The notes below the pieces were generated by a model. The model saw only the letters and a list, made by a program, of their open reading frames with translations. It was not told the origin of the DNA and did no database searches. A stretch of DNA of 48,022 bases. Source: a virus (Duplodnaviria > Caudoviricetes). The position numbers and the translations under genes were made by a program. The stretch covers positions 1 to 48,022 of the IMG/VR virus record IMGVR_UViG_3300022917_000015; one strand, written 5' to 3'. Shown one piece after another: positions 18,799-27,966 of the stretch (the first letter of the stretch is position 1; every line of letters starts with the position of its first letter).

Positions 18799-19239
18799 AT
18801 GCCGCTCAACCCCGCATCCCTGCAAAGCTCGCTCGAGGCGCTGTTCGCGGATCCCCCCCTCGCGCGCGCGGATTGCGCGCAGGCCTGGGCGGACGCGATC
18901 AACGGCTACGCCGCCGGCATCGTGCCCCCCTCAACGACGGTCGCGGCCGGTATCCCCACGCTCGCGAGCGCGCTCGCGAGCGCGTTCGCGGCGCCCGCGG
19001 CGGCCTCGCCCTTCGACGCGGCGTTCGCGGCCTTTGCGGTGACCGTCGCCGGCGGCATGCTGCCCGCCTTTACCGGCGTGCCCCCCGCGGCGCCGCTCAA
19101 CATCGCATCGTTACTCGCCGGCAGCCAACCGACGCATGCCGCCGCGGCCGCCGCGTTCGCGTCGCTGATCGACGCCTGGTTTCGCACGGGCCTCGGCACG
19201 CTCGTCGCACCGCCATTCACGGTCGTTCCCTGGAGCTGA
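18799..19239 (+). CDS. Hypothetical Ala/Pro-rich baseplate-region protein
   Basis: Between spike and gp46-like gene. Confidence 0.65.
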   Translation: MPLNPASLQSSLEALFADPPLARADCAQAWADAINGYAAGIVPPSTTVAAGIPTLASALASAFAAPAAASPFDAAFAAFAVTVAGGMLPAFTGVPPAAPLNIASLLAGSQPTHAAAAAAFASLIDAWFRTGLGTLVAPPFTVVPWS

Positions 19240-19242
19240 GAT

Positions 19243-19659
19243 GTGACGGACGTCCTACTACGGCAAACCAACGACGGCGGCGACGTCACGATCGAGAACG
19301 GCCTGCTCCTCATGAGCGAGGGCCTCGAGACGTCCGCCTATCTGTCGCTGTTCGGAGGGAACGAGGACGATCCCGCGGCGACCGACACCGCCCAGCAATG
19401 GTGGGGCAACCTACTCGAGGACGAGCCCGAGCGCGCGTACCGCAGCGAGACTCAATTCCTGGTGGCCTCGCTGCCCGCGGTACCCTTCAACCTGCGGCGC
19501 ATCGAGCAGGCGGCAGCGCGAGATCTCCAGTGGATGATCGACACCGGCGTCGCGCAAAGCGTCACCGTCGAGGCCACGATCCCAAACGTGAATCGCGTGC
19601 TCATCGGCCTCGTGATCATCACGGCGACCGAGCAACGCATCGAGCTTTTTTTCGGATGA
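19243..19659 (+). CDS. Baseplate wedge protein (Mu gp46-like)
   Basis: GLETSAYLSLFG, WWGN, DLQWMIDTGVA. Confidence 0.88.
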   Translation: MTDVLLRQTNDGGDVTIENGLLLMSEGLETSAYLSLFGGNEDDPAATDTAQQWWGNLLEDEPERAYRSETQFLVASLPAVPFNLRRIEQAAARDLQWMIDTGVAQSVTVEATIPNVNRVLIGLVIITATEQRIELFFG

Positions 19660-19669
19660 GGCAAGTAGC

Positions 19670-20869
19670 ATGGCTCTCGTAACACCCACGACGGCAGCGG
19701 TCGCAAGCAACGTGATCGGGCAGCTCGAGACGGCGATCTCGCAAACGATCCCGCTGCTGCCCAAATCATTCAGCCGCGTTCTGGCCAAGGTGATCGCGGC
19801 CGTCTACATCGTCCTATACAAATACGCTGGGTTCTCGCTGCTCCAGCAATTCGTGAGCACGGCCTCCTTCGAGGAGACCGAGGTCAACGGGACGATCCTC
19901 CGCCCCCTCGTCGAGTGGGGCAGGCTCGTGGGAGTGGGCGATCCTCGCGCCGCGACCCAAGCGCAACTCACACTCCAGGTCACGGTCCTCGTTCAGGTCG
20001 GATCCCTGCCGAGCGGAACGCAGCTGCTCTATGCCCCGACGGGCGTTGTCTATCTCACCGCGGCCGCGGTACCGCTCGCGGCGCCGACGGTCATAGTCAC
20101 CGCGATCGCGAGCTCGGATCAGGACGACGGCGACGGCTCGGGCACGGTCGGCAACCTGGAGCCGGGGCAAATCCTTCAGTTTGCGAGCTCGCCGCCAAAC
20201 GTCGCGACGAATGCAACCGTGACCGGCTCGGCCGTCGTGGGCGCCGAGGGCGAAACCGAGGAGGCCTATCGCGCGCGCGTGCTGCGGCGATGCCAACGAA
20301 AGCCGCAGGGCGGCGCGTATGCGGACTATCAAGCGTGGGGCACCGAGGTCGCCGGTATCCGCAATGTGTTTCCCTACACGGGCGCGCCGGGCGAGGTCGA
20401 TGTGTACGTCGAGGCCGAGGCCGGGCCCGACGGGATCCCGGACCTATCGCAACTCGACGAGGTGAGCGACTTCATCGAGTTCGATCCGAACGAGGCGCCC
20501 TCGCCGACGGGCCTCGCGAACCGGCGCCCGGCAAACGCGGCAGTCAATGTGCTGCCGATCACGCGCGCTGATTTCGACGTGGATATCAACGGGTTTGAGG
20601 CATCCGATCCGCCGACGGTGCTCGCCTCGATCGAGGTCGGGCTCGACGAGTTCCTGCGCGCGCGCGAGCCGTACATCGTTGGCTTGTCATCGCTGCCCCG
20701 GCTCGATCGAATCACGCAAGGCGCGATCGCCGGCGTGGTGCAAGAGATCGCCGAGGCCAACGGCGCAAGCGTCGCGGCCGTCACGCTGCGGCGCGGCGTC
20801 ATCACGATCGCTCAATACACATTGGCGCGCGGCGAGCTCGCAAAGCTCGGCACGCTCAACTCGCTCTAA
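19670..20869 (+). CDS. Baseplate J-like protein (Mu gp47-like)
   Basis: GAEGETEEAYRARVL...PQGGAYADYQAW. Confidence 0.92.
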   Translation: MALVTPTTAAVASNVIGQLETAISQTIPLLPKSFSRVLAKVIAAVYIVLYKYAGFSLLQQFVSTASFEETEVNGTILRPLVEWGRLVGVGDPRAATQAQLTLQVTVLVQVGSLPSGTQLLYAPTGVVYLTAAAVPLAAPTVIVTAIASSDQDDGDGSGTVGNLEPGQILQFASSPPNVATNATVTGSAVVGAEGETEEAYRARVLRRCQRKPQGGAYADYQAWGTEVAGIRNVFPYTGAPGEVDVYVEAEAGPDGIPDLSQLDEVSDFIEFDPNEAPSPTGLANRRPANAAVNVLPITRADFDVDINGFEASDPPTVLASIEVGLDEFLRAREPYIVGLSSLPRLDRITQGAIAGVVQEIAEANGASVAAVTLRRGVITIAQYTLARGELAKLGTLNSL

Positions 20870-20885
20870 AAGGAACCTCCCTCAA

Positions 20886-21992
20886 ATGGCCCTCGTCCCG
20901 AGCTCCAGATACCCAGGCCAAACCGATAGCGCGGCCGTCTATCCGCACGGCAAGGCGCGCAACGCAGGCTCCTTCCAAGACGGTACCGGAACGCCCCTAG
21001 AAAAGGACTGGCTCAACGATCTGTGGGGCTTTCTACAGGCGCTGCTCACCAATGCCAAGATCACGCCCAGCGGTTCACCCGATGAGGTCGGCGCGAGCCA
21101 ATACCTGGAGGCGGTGCAGTACGCGGCGAACGCCGCGAGCGAGCGCACCGTGCTCGGAACTTGGACGACGCTCGCGGGCGCCTTCAGTCAATCGCAAAGC
21201 GACGTCCTTTGGAGCGACGATCTCGAGCTGTTTGTCACCGTCGGAGCCTCGAGCACAGCCTACACGTCGCCGGACGCGATCAACTGGACGAGCCGCGCCC
21301 CCGGCGCAAACGTAACGGCGCTTGCGGCGAGCTCTAGCCTGGGCATTGTCGCCGTCGGAAATACCGGGGCGGTGACGCACTCGACGGACGCGGTCACGTG
21401 GGCGGCGCAAACGAGCGGCACGGTTGAAAGTCTGCAAGGTGTGGCGGTGCACGGCGCCCTATTCATTGCGGTCGGCAACGCGGGAACGATCATCACCTCC
21501 CCGGACGGCGCCGCCTGGACGGCGCGCACCTCGGGGGTTGCCGTGCAATTGCTCGGGGTCGGAACCGACGGAACGCTCGCCGTCGTTGTCGGCGCCTCCG
21601 GAACGATCTTGACCTCGCCCGACGGCATTACGTGGACCGCTCAGACGAGCGGCGTCGCGGTGTCGCTGGGCGACGTCGTTTGGAACGGCTCGCTATTCAT
21701 CGTTGCCGGCTCCTCCGGAACGATCTTGACGTCGCCCGACGGCATCACGTGGACCGCTCAGACAAGCGGCTTTGGTGGCCCTTTCTTCGGCCTCGACGTC
21801 ACCGATAACTATGTCCTCGCCCTCGGCAACGGCGGCGAGCTGTTCGCGTCGCGCGACGGCATCACGTGGCTCGAGGTAAAGCACGGCATCACCGCCGGCC
21901 TCGGCGATCGCGCGTTGGCGTGGAATGGCGCGGTCGCTGTAGTGGTCGGCGACGGCGAGGAAAACCGCTCGGCGGCGAGGTTGCCCCTGTAG
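20886..21992 (+). CDS. Tail fibre/receptor-binding protein with beta-propeller-like repeats
   Basis: Fibre-type N-terminus (GTPLEKDWLND...ITPSG...QYLEA); repeated GTILTSPDGITWTAQTSG. Confidence 0.75.
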   Translation: MALVPSSRYPGQTDSAAVYPHGKARNAGSFQDGTGTPLEKDWLNDLWGFLQALLTNAKITPSGSPDEVGASQYLEAVQYAANAASERTVLGTWTTLAGAFSQSQSDVLWSDDLELFVTVGASSTAYTSPDAINWTSRAPGANVTALAASSSLGIVAVGNTGAVTHSTDAVTWAAQTSGTVESLQGVAVHGALFIAVGNAGTIITSPDGAAWTARTSGVAVQLLGVGTDGTLAVVVGASGTILTSPDGITWTAQTSGVAVSLGDVVWNGSLFIVAGSSGTILTSPDGITWTAQTSGFGGPFFGLDVTDNYVLALGNGGELFASRDGITWLEVKHGITAGLGDRALAWNGAVAVVVGDGEENRSAARLPL

Positions 21993-22768
21993 TGTTTAGT
22001 ACCTTCCAGCATCTATTGCCGCGCGCGCTCGCGTGGCGCACCACGGTCGCGACGAACCTTCGGCGGTACGTCGAGGGCCTCGCGGCCTTTGCTGCCGACG
22101 TCCGCGAATTCATCGACCTCGTTTATCTCGATCTGTTTCCGCCAACGACGCGCGAGCTGTCCACATGGGAAACGCAATTTGCGATCGCCGGCACGGGCGA
22201 CGATGCGTCGCGCCGGCTGCGCCTCGCCGCAGCGTGGGCCGCGCAGGGCGGGCAGTCGCCGGATTATATCCAAAGCATCTTGCACGCCGCGGGATTCACC
22301 GAGGTTTACATTTACGAATGGTGGGGCGTGAGCACCGGGCCCGCATGGATCCCGCTCGATCCCCGCAACTACACCACGCAACCGGTCGTAGGGTTCTATC
22401 AGTGCGAGGGCTCCTCGCCGTGGGAGTGTTTCGACCCTGCGCCGGGCGAGCCGCTCGCCGCGCATTGTGATGATACGTTGGCGAACGAGCCCGGCTACAT
22501 CGTCAATCTGGATCTCACGCGCCGAGCGCCGCCGGCGGTACCGGATGATCCCGCGCGGTGGCCCTACTTTCTGTATTTCGCGGGCGAGGTGTTTCCCGAT
22601 CTCGCGCCCGTCGATGCGGCGCGCGTTGACGAATTGAAGGAGCTGATCCTTCGGATTGCCCCCGCGCAGCAATGGATCGTTTTGATGATCGATCCCATCG
22701 AGGCGATCGAGGCAGCCGGCGAGGGCTTCGGGACGGCGCCGATGGGCACAACGGAAGTAGGAGCGTAA
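21992..22768 (+). CDS. Baseplate protein (Mu gp48/YmfQ-like)
   Basis: HLLPRALAW, FPPTTRELSTWE, GGQSPDYI; TAGTG overlap. Confidence 0.75.
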   Translation: MFSTFQHLLPRALAWRTTVATNLRRYVEGLAAFAADVREFIDLVYLDLFPPTTRELSTWETQFAIAGTGDDASRRLRLAAAWAAQGGQSPDYIQSILHAAGFTEVYIYEWWGVSTGPAWIPLDPRNYTTQPVVGFYQCEGSSPWECFDPAPGEPLAAHCDDTLANEPGYIVNLDLTRRAPPAVPDDPARWPYFLYFAGEVFPDLAPVDAARVDELKELILRIAPAQQWIVLMIDPIEAIEAAGEGFGTAPMGTTEVGA

Positions 22769-22772
22769 GACA

Positions 22773-24566
22773 ATGGTAGCTCGGATCAAGATCAGCCAAG
22801 CGGGGCTCGCCGCCGGCGTCGCCGGTGTGTCGCGAACCGACGGGCTCGCGACCGGCGCGCTCGTGACGATCGAGGACGTGAGCGGCGCGGGCCTCAGTAC
22901 GTTTCATTTGTTGTGGGTGCCCGTCGAGGACACCACCGCCGAGGCCTCGCTCGCCGCGACGGGCGATCCGGATATCTGGACATTTTCGCCCATGGCTGCG
23001 GCGTATGGCAGCTATGAAATCGAGCTCCGCGAAAGCGGCGTGCCCGTCGAGCGTCGAATCTTTGGCATCCGAACGCCCGCGAATCAGTTGCTCATCCCCG
23101 CGCTCAACGAACGGGCGAGCCGGCACGCAAACCTAGACAACGACGGCGCCGATCAGATCGCGCTATCGGAAAACAACGCGATCGACTTCCCGCTCGTGGT
23201 GCTCAACTCGTTCGCTTACGCCGGCTGGTGGCGCTCGCTGTATGAGCTCTATCGGATCGTCGAGTTCGGGCTCGGCAGCATTGCCAATAACGCGGTGACC
23301 AATGCGAAGCTCGCGAAGATGGCCGCCAATACGGTGAAGGTCAATGCGACGCCCGCCCTCGCCGACGCGCAGGATCTAACCCTTGCCGCGAACACCGTGC
23401 TCGGCCGGGTCGGCGGCAACATCGTCGCGGCCGCGCTGGTCAACGCACAGATCGACGCGGCCGCCGCAATCGCGCTCAGCAAGCTCGCAACCCAAGCGGC
23501 CAATACCATCCTCGCGAACGCGACGGCGGGCGCCGCGGTGCCGACCGCCGTTGCCCTCGCCACGAACGAGATCCTGCTACGCGCGGGGGGCAACGTCGCG
23601 GCTCTCGCCGTGGCTGCAAACACCGTGCTCGGCCGGGTCGGCGGTGACATTGTCGCGGCGGCGATCGTCAATGCACAGATCGACGCGGCGGCAGCGATCG
23701 CGCTCAGCAAGCTCGCAACCCAAGCGGCCAATACCATCCTCGCGAACGCGACGGCCGGCGTCGCGGTGCCGACCGCCGTTGCCCTCGCCACCAATGAGAT
23801 CCTCCTACGAGCGGGGGGCAACGTCGCGGCTCTCGCCGTGGGCGCGAATACCGTGCTCGGCCGGGTCGCTGGCAACATCGTCGCGGCGGCGATCGTCAAT
23901 GCACAGATCGACGCGGCGGCAGCGATCGCGCTCAGCAAGCTCGCAACCCAAGCGGCAAACACCGTCGTAGCGAACGTGACCAGCGGCGTCGCGGTGCCAA
24001 CGGCGCACGCCGCGGCCGCGGATGAAGTGTTACAGCGCGTCGGCAGCGCCGATATGGCGTTCTCGCCCCCCCGTACCGGGCTCGCCACACAGCTGACGGC
24101 AGCCGTGGTGAGCGCGGCGACGACGTCCCTCGCTACGACGGCAACCCGGACGATCGCAGCCAATACGCTGGTCGCCGGCTCGCGTTGGCGCGTCGAGTTC
24201 ACTCACCAATTCATCCGCGGCGCGACGGCGACCGCGCTCGATTTGCGCTGCTACTTCGGACTAAACGCGGGCGTCGGTCTGACAACGACGTTCACCTCGC
24301 CCACGGTCGCCGGCACCTACTATCTCCGGACCGTGGTCGAGTTCACGATCTTGACCGTCGGCGCCGGCGGGACGGCAATGGCGACGATCCAGTCGTGGGG
24401 CAACGCCTTCACCGGCGGAGCAACTCGGTTCGAGGCCGCGGTCAATCTCGCCCTCGCGATCAACACCACGACTTCAAACACGATCAGCGGCGCAGCAGAC
24501 ATGAGCGTGGGCGTCGCGGCGACGTCGATCACCGCGACCGGCGGCAACGTCGAGCGAGTGAGCTGA
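22773..24566 (+). CDS. Putative second fibre/appendage protein with 76-aa repeats
   Basis: NAVTNAKLA/IALSKLA fibre-like repeats; located between baseplate and lysin. Confidence 0.65.
   Translation: MVARIKISQAGLAAGVAGVSRTDGLATGALVTIEDVSGAGLSTFHLLWVPVEDTTAEASLAATGDPDIWTFSPMAAAYGSYEIELRESGVPVERRIFGIRTPANQLLIPALNERASRHANLDNDGADQIALSENNAIDFPLVVLNSFAYAGWWRSLYELYRIVEFGLGSIANNAVTNAKLAKMAANTVKVNATPALADAQDLTLAANTVLGRVGGNIVAAALVNAQIDAAAAIALSKLATQAANTILANATAGAAVPTAVALATNEILLRAGGNVAALAVAANTVLGRVGGDIVAAAIVNAQIDAAAAIALSKLATQAANTILANATAGVAVPTAVALATNEILLRAGGNVAALAVGANTVLGRVAGNIVAAAIVNAQIDAAAAIALSKLATQAANTVVANVTSGVAVPTAHAAAADEVLQRVGSADMAFSPPRTGLATQLTAAVVSAATTSLATTATRTIAANTLVAGSRWRVEFTHQFIRGATATALDLRCYFGLNAGVGLTTTFTSPTVAGTYYLRTVVEFTILTVGAGGTAMATIQSWGNAFTGGATRFEAAVNLALAINTTTSNTISGAADMSVGVAATSITATGGNVERVS
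23391..24000 (+). repeat. 228-bp tandem repeat (~2.7 copies)
   Basis: Unit starts at 23391, 23619, 23847; differences mainly at third codon positions. Confidence 0.93.
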
Positions 24567-24570
24567 TCAA

Positions 24571-25059
24571 ATGACCTCGGCGAATTTCCAGCGAGCGATC
24601 CCGATCCTGCTCGAGGAGGAGGGCGGACTGGCGGACGACCCAAACGATCCGGGGGGCCTCACCAAATACGGGATCTCTCAGCGGTCCTATCCGGGCGTGG
24701 ATATTCGGGCGCTCACGCCCGAGGCCGCGACGGCGATCTACGCGCGCGACTGGTGGCCCGCCTGCGGCGCTGACCGCCTGCCTTGGCCGCTCTGCCTGTT
24801 TGTTTTCGATCACGCGGTCAATGCGGGCAGGGTCAGCGCGATCAAGTGTTTGCAGCGAGCCGCGCACGTGGGCGCGGACGGCAAGCTAGGACCGCTCTCG
24901 CTCGGCGCCGTGCAAGCGGCGAACCTGCGCCTGCTCTGCAGGCAATTCAACGTCGAGCGCTGCCGCTACTACATGAGCCTCGACGGGTTCGAGCACCACG
25001 GGCTCGGATGGATCGGGCGCGTCGCGAGCGTCGCGTTCAAGGCCGGCTGGGTTTCGTGA
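24571..25059 (+). CDS. Endolysin, glycoside hydrolase family 108
   Basis: EEGGLADDPNDPGGLTKYGIS, FDHAVNAG, ADGKLGPLS, GWIGR. Confidence 0.92.
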   Translation: MTSANFQRAIPILLEEEGGLADDPNDPGGLTKYGISQRSYPGVDIRALTPEAATAIYARDWWPACGADRLPWPLCLFVFDHAVNAGRVSAIKCLQRAAHVGADGKLGPLSLGAVQAANLRLLCRQFNVERCRYYMSLDGFEHHGLGWIGRVASVAFKAGWVS

Positions 25060-25162
25060 CGACGGCATGGCGCACGGATGCCGACCGAGGCATTTAGTCA
25101 CGCGCCCCGTAGGGTGAGACGAAGCGGAATGCAACACCGCGCGACTCGGTCCACACTTGGGC

Positions 25163-25444
25163 ATGTCGGCGGAACTAGTTCTCGGCGGCGTAACTCTCTG
25201 CTCGCTCGGTGTGAGCGTCTGGCTCGAGCACCGATTCGCTCGGCGCGAGTCGTCGCTGCGCGTCAAGCTTGGCGCCAGCCGCACCTCGCTCGAGGCCGTC
25301 GAGGCCGAACGCGATCACATGCGACGGCAATTCAACGCTCAGGCCGTCGAGCTCGCGCGGTACCGCGGCTCGCTCCCCGCCCAACACCGGCTGACCCGGG
25401 TGTTTACCGGTCTGCCCCGGCCGCCCGAGGACGAGGGCGAGTAA
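25163..25444 (+). CDS. N-terminal TM plus coiled-coil protein (possible lysis accessory)
   Basis: Hydrophobic N-terminus; directly after lysin. Confidence 0.55.
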   Translation: MSAELVLGGVTLCSLGVSVWLEHRFARRESSLRVKLGASRTSLEAVEAERDHMRRQFNAQAVELARYRGSLPAQHRLTRVFTGLPRPPEDEGE

Positions 25445-25507
25445 CAGGCTTGACGGCGAGGCCGGTCCGGCCGCATCATTCGCCCTCGTGTGACTCGCGA
25501 AACCTAA

Positions 25508-25553
25508 CGCCGCGAGCGGCCGCCCCCCACGGCCCTCGCGGCGCCTTCCTTTT
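25508..25553 (+). terminator. Intrinsic terminator-like hairpin with a C-rich loop
   Basis: cgccgcgag(c)ggccg-cccccca-cggccctcgcggcg followed by ccttcctttt. Confidence 0.65.
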
Positions 25554-25563
25554 GTGCGTTCGT

Positions 25564-25592
25564 TTGCCGGCGCTGCCGCCGTGCCCCATGCT
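25564..25592 (+). promoter_or_regulatory. Sigma70-like promoter (TTGCCG-17-CATGCT), 7 nt upstream of ATG 25600
   Basis: Hexamers and spacing visible in the sequence. Confidence 0.5.
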
Positions 25593-25599
25593 TGCGAGC

Positions 25600-26082
25600 A
25601 TGCGGAACCCAAAGGACCCGCCCACGCTGCCGCCCCCCGTGCCGCGCGAGCCGTTCCTGCTGCTGCGCACGCCGCCCTCGGGCACGCAGCTCGGCCTCGC
25701 GTCGCCGTCGGCGCTGCCCCCTCGCGCGAGCGCGCCTGCGCCCGCCCAGGCGCCCGCGGCCGCTCCCGCCGAGCCGCGCAGGGTAGACCTCGCGGACCTC
25801 GCCAATACGCCCGAGGGCCTGCGCGTCGCCGAGGGCCTGCGCCTGGAGCTCGCGCACTTCCGGCAATGGCTCCCCGGGCAGCTCGTCCAGCTGGAGCGGG
25901 GCGCGCGCGCCCGCCGGCGAGCTCGCCGAGGGCAGTGGCTCACCGGCCTCGCCGGCGTCGCCCTGGCGCTGCTCCTCGCCGTGGTGAGCGGGGCGACCGC
26001 CCTGCGGTGGCCCGCGTACGGGCGTCTAGTGGCCCGCGCTGCCCCGCTGCCTGCGCCGACCGCGGCCGACCCTCGGCGGTGA
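25600..26082 (+). CDS. Hypothetical Pro-rich membrane protein
   Basis: One TM segment (WLTGLAGVALALLLAVVSG); upstream promoter. Confidence 0.55.
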   Translation: MRNPKDPPTLPPPVPREPFLLLRTPPSGTQLGLASPSALPPRASAPAPAQAPAAAPAEPRRVDLADLANTPEGLRVAEGLRLELAHFRQWLPGQLVQLERGARARRRARRGQWLTGLAGVALALLLAVVSGATALRWPAYGRLVARAAPLPAPTAADPRR

Positions 26083-26193
26083 GACCGCGCGCCGCGCTCG
26101 CGCTGGACGGGGCAGCCTGCGCCGCGGCGGTGGTATGCGTTCCTGCTATCGGGAAATTAAGCCCGGGGCTCCCCGTGCCGTTCCCATGGGGCA

Positions 26194-26718
26194 ATGACTC
26201 GGTGGCTCGCCCCCCTCGCCCTCGCGCTCGCCGCCGGGTGTCTGCCCGAGTCGGTTGAGGTTGTGGTTCTCACACCTACAACCCCTGAGATCGAGCAAGT
26301 GCTGCTGGCCGCCGATGCGCGATGGGAAGCCGCCGGCGTGGCTCCGGACCGCATCCAAATCGCCCCCGGCGGCGCGCCCGTGCGGCTCGTGCCCGAGCGC
26401 TGCGGCTCGATCCTTCCCGGCAAGTGCGTCGCGGAAACGCGCCGTGTGATGCGCGGCCACGCGTTCCGCGGTGTGCGCTGGATCGAGCTCTATGACCTCG
26501 ATGTAGACGTTGCGGCCCACGAGATGGGACACGCCCTCGGGATCAAGTTCCACATTGATGCGGACGTCGAGAGCTATCCGGACGGTGTCGCTGACTGTGG
26601 GACGGACGGCGCCCACCGCCCGCTGATGTGTTCTAGCGCCGGGCCGGCGATCGTCGCGTCTGACCTCGACGCGGCCTGCTCCGCGGGCGCGTGCGAGCGC
26701 TTCACCCCCGAGCTTTGA
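26194..26718 (+). CDS. Lipoprotein, metzincin/matrixin-like metalloprotease
   Basis: Lipobox LAAGC; HEMGHALGIKFH; Met-turn-like PLM. Confidence 0.75.
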   Translation: MTRWLAPLALALAAGCLPESVEVVVLTPTTPEIEQVLLAADARWEAAGVAPDRIQIAPGGAPVRLVPERCGSILPGKCVAETRRVMRGHAFRGVRWIELYDLDVDVAAHEMGHALGIKFHIDADVESYPDGVADCGTDGAHRPLMCSSAGPAIVASDLDAACSAGACERFTPEL

Positions 26719-27250
26719 CCGATCGCGAGGGCATGCGGTCCGCGCAGGCCGAGCACAGCGCGGGGCGCGCCCAGTAGCAGGGCTCACCGGTGCGGGCGAC
26801 GCATTGCGAGCAATCCATTTCCGTGCAGTCGCACACCGAGCATTGATCGAGCACCGGATCGATCATCCGGAGCAGCTCGCGAGTCTCGCGCGCCCAGTCG
26901 AGCGCGTCGCGTTTGTCGGTCGCTGGATACCGCAAGACGTGCCAGCCGCGCAGCACGGCCGCGCGGTGCTTTTCCAGATCCTTGCGCGCCCCGTCTACCG
27001 TTTGATGCCGCCCGGCCTTGTCCGGATTGCCTCGCGCCCGCCCGTCGATCTCGATCGCGATCTTGTAGGGGGCGATCGCGAAGTCGAAACGCCACTTGCG
27101 CGATGGGTGGAACACAAACTCGGTGTCGAGGACGACGCCCTGGAGCGGCGGCAGCATGAGCCACGCGAGCTCGAACGCTCGTTCCGCTAGGCTGCGCCGG
27201 GCCCGCCCCCGAGGACTCGGCGCCGAACCTTGCCGGCCTTTGCCTCGCAC
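26702..27250 (-). CDS. Vsr/DUF559-like PD-(D/E)xK endonuclease with Cys-rich C-terminus (start uncertain)
   Basis: EFVFHPSRKWRFDFA...IAIEIDG...H...D.EK...GWHVLR. Confidence 0.8.
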   Translation of the reverse strand: MRGKGRQGSAPSPRGRARRSLAERAFELAWLMLPPLQGVVLDTEFVFHPSRKWRFDFAIAPYKIAIEIDGRARGNPDKAGRHQTVDGARKDLEKHRAAVLRGWHVLRYPATDKRDALDWARETRELLRMIDPVLDQCSVCDCTEMDCSQCVARTGEPCYWARPALCSACADRMPSRSVKARG

Positions 27251-27414
27251 TCCGCGAGCGCTCGCTTTCCCGCCGGCGATGCCGCCCATTCGTCGCGCAG
27301 TGCTTGGCACCACCGCGCGAACCGAGTGTCGCGCCTTTCCCAGTCGGACGTCTTGCGCGTGAGCAGGGATCGCACGGCGATTTCCTCGGGCGTCAAATCG
27401 TTGAAATGGATCAT
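27187..27414 (-). CDS. Hypothetical protein
   Basis: ORF 6 nt after the upstream stop in the early chain. Confidence 0.5.
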   Translation of the reverse strand: MIHFNDLTPEEIAVRSLLTRKTSDWERRDTRFARWCQALRDEWAASPAGKRALAECEAKAGKVRRRVLGGGPGAA

Positions 27415-27420
27415 GCGCGG

Positions 27421-27966
27421 TCAAGGATCCACACCTCGGTTGCAGTCTGGGCACGGGCCATGGATCGCGCAAATGCCGTCGCCGCTCGCCGGCGGTGCCG
27501 GCGGTGCCGGCGCGCCCGGTGCGCTCGCCTCGCGGATGGCCTGAATCGTGGCGGCGGCGCTCGAATAGGTGAGCGTCAAGTGATAGATGTTTCGCAGGCG
27601 CGCGCGCAGGTCGCGGCAGCCCTCACACGCGCCGCCGGCGGCGAGCTCGTCGCCGGGCGGCGAGGCCTCGGCGGTAGGCTCGCGGCAGAGTAGCTCGATC
27701 CGTTTGGCGATCCGCGAAACCTCGTCGAGGTCGTAGGGGCGCGGCATCGTGGCGCGCTCGCGCACGAGGTTCGCGATCTCGGTGTCGATCTCCGCACGCG
27801 TCCGAAGGCGGCGCGCCGCCTTGCACACCGCGTCGAGCGCTCGACAAACGCCCGTTCCCATGGGCTTAGGTCCGGGCCCGGGGGTATGCCAATACGTGAC
27901 CGACTCGTGAGCGAGTTCCTCGAGCAGCGCGCGCGGTGTGCGGCTCCAGTCGTAGATCTCGGTCAC
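27421..27966 (-). CDS. Hypothetical protein (Cys-pair motifs)
   Basis: GTGA overlap with the upstream gene. Confidence 0.6.
   Translation of the reverse strand: MTEIYDWSRTPRALLEELAHESVTYWHTPGPGPKPMGTGVCRALDAVCKAARRLRTRAEIDTEIANLVRERATMPRPYDLDEVSRIAKRIELLCREPTAEASPPGDELAAGGACEGCRDLRARLRNIYHLTLTYSSAAATIQAIREASAPGAPAPPAPPASGDGICAIHGPCPDCNRGVDP

Noticed and set aside
15797-20869. Transposable (Mu-type) lifestyle inferred from Mu-like tail genes
   Set aside because: No MuA/MuB transposase; tyrosine integrase with attP and a lambda-type packaging module are present instead
23391-24000. Diversity-generating retroelement TR/VR pair
   Set aside because: Repeats are tandem and in-frame, differences are not adenine-specific, and no reverse transcriptase is present
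25163-25444. Definite holin or spanin assignment
   Set aside because: Single TM plus coiled coil is compatible, but no embedded o-spanin lipoprotein or holin signature was seen
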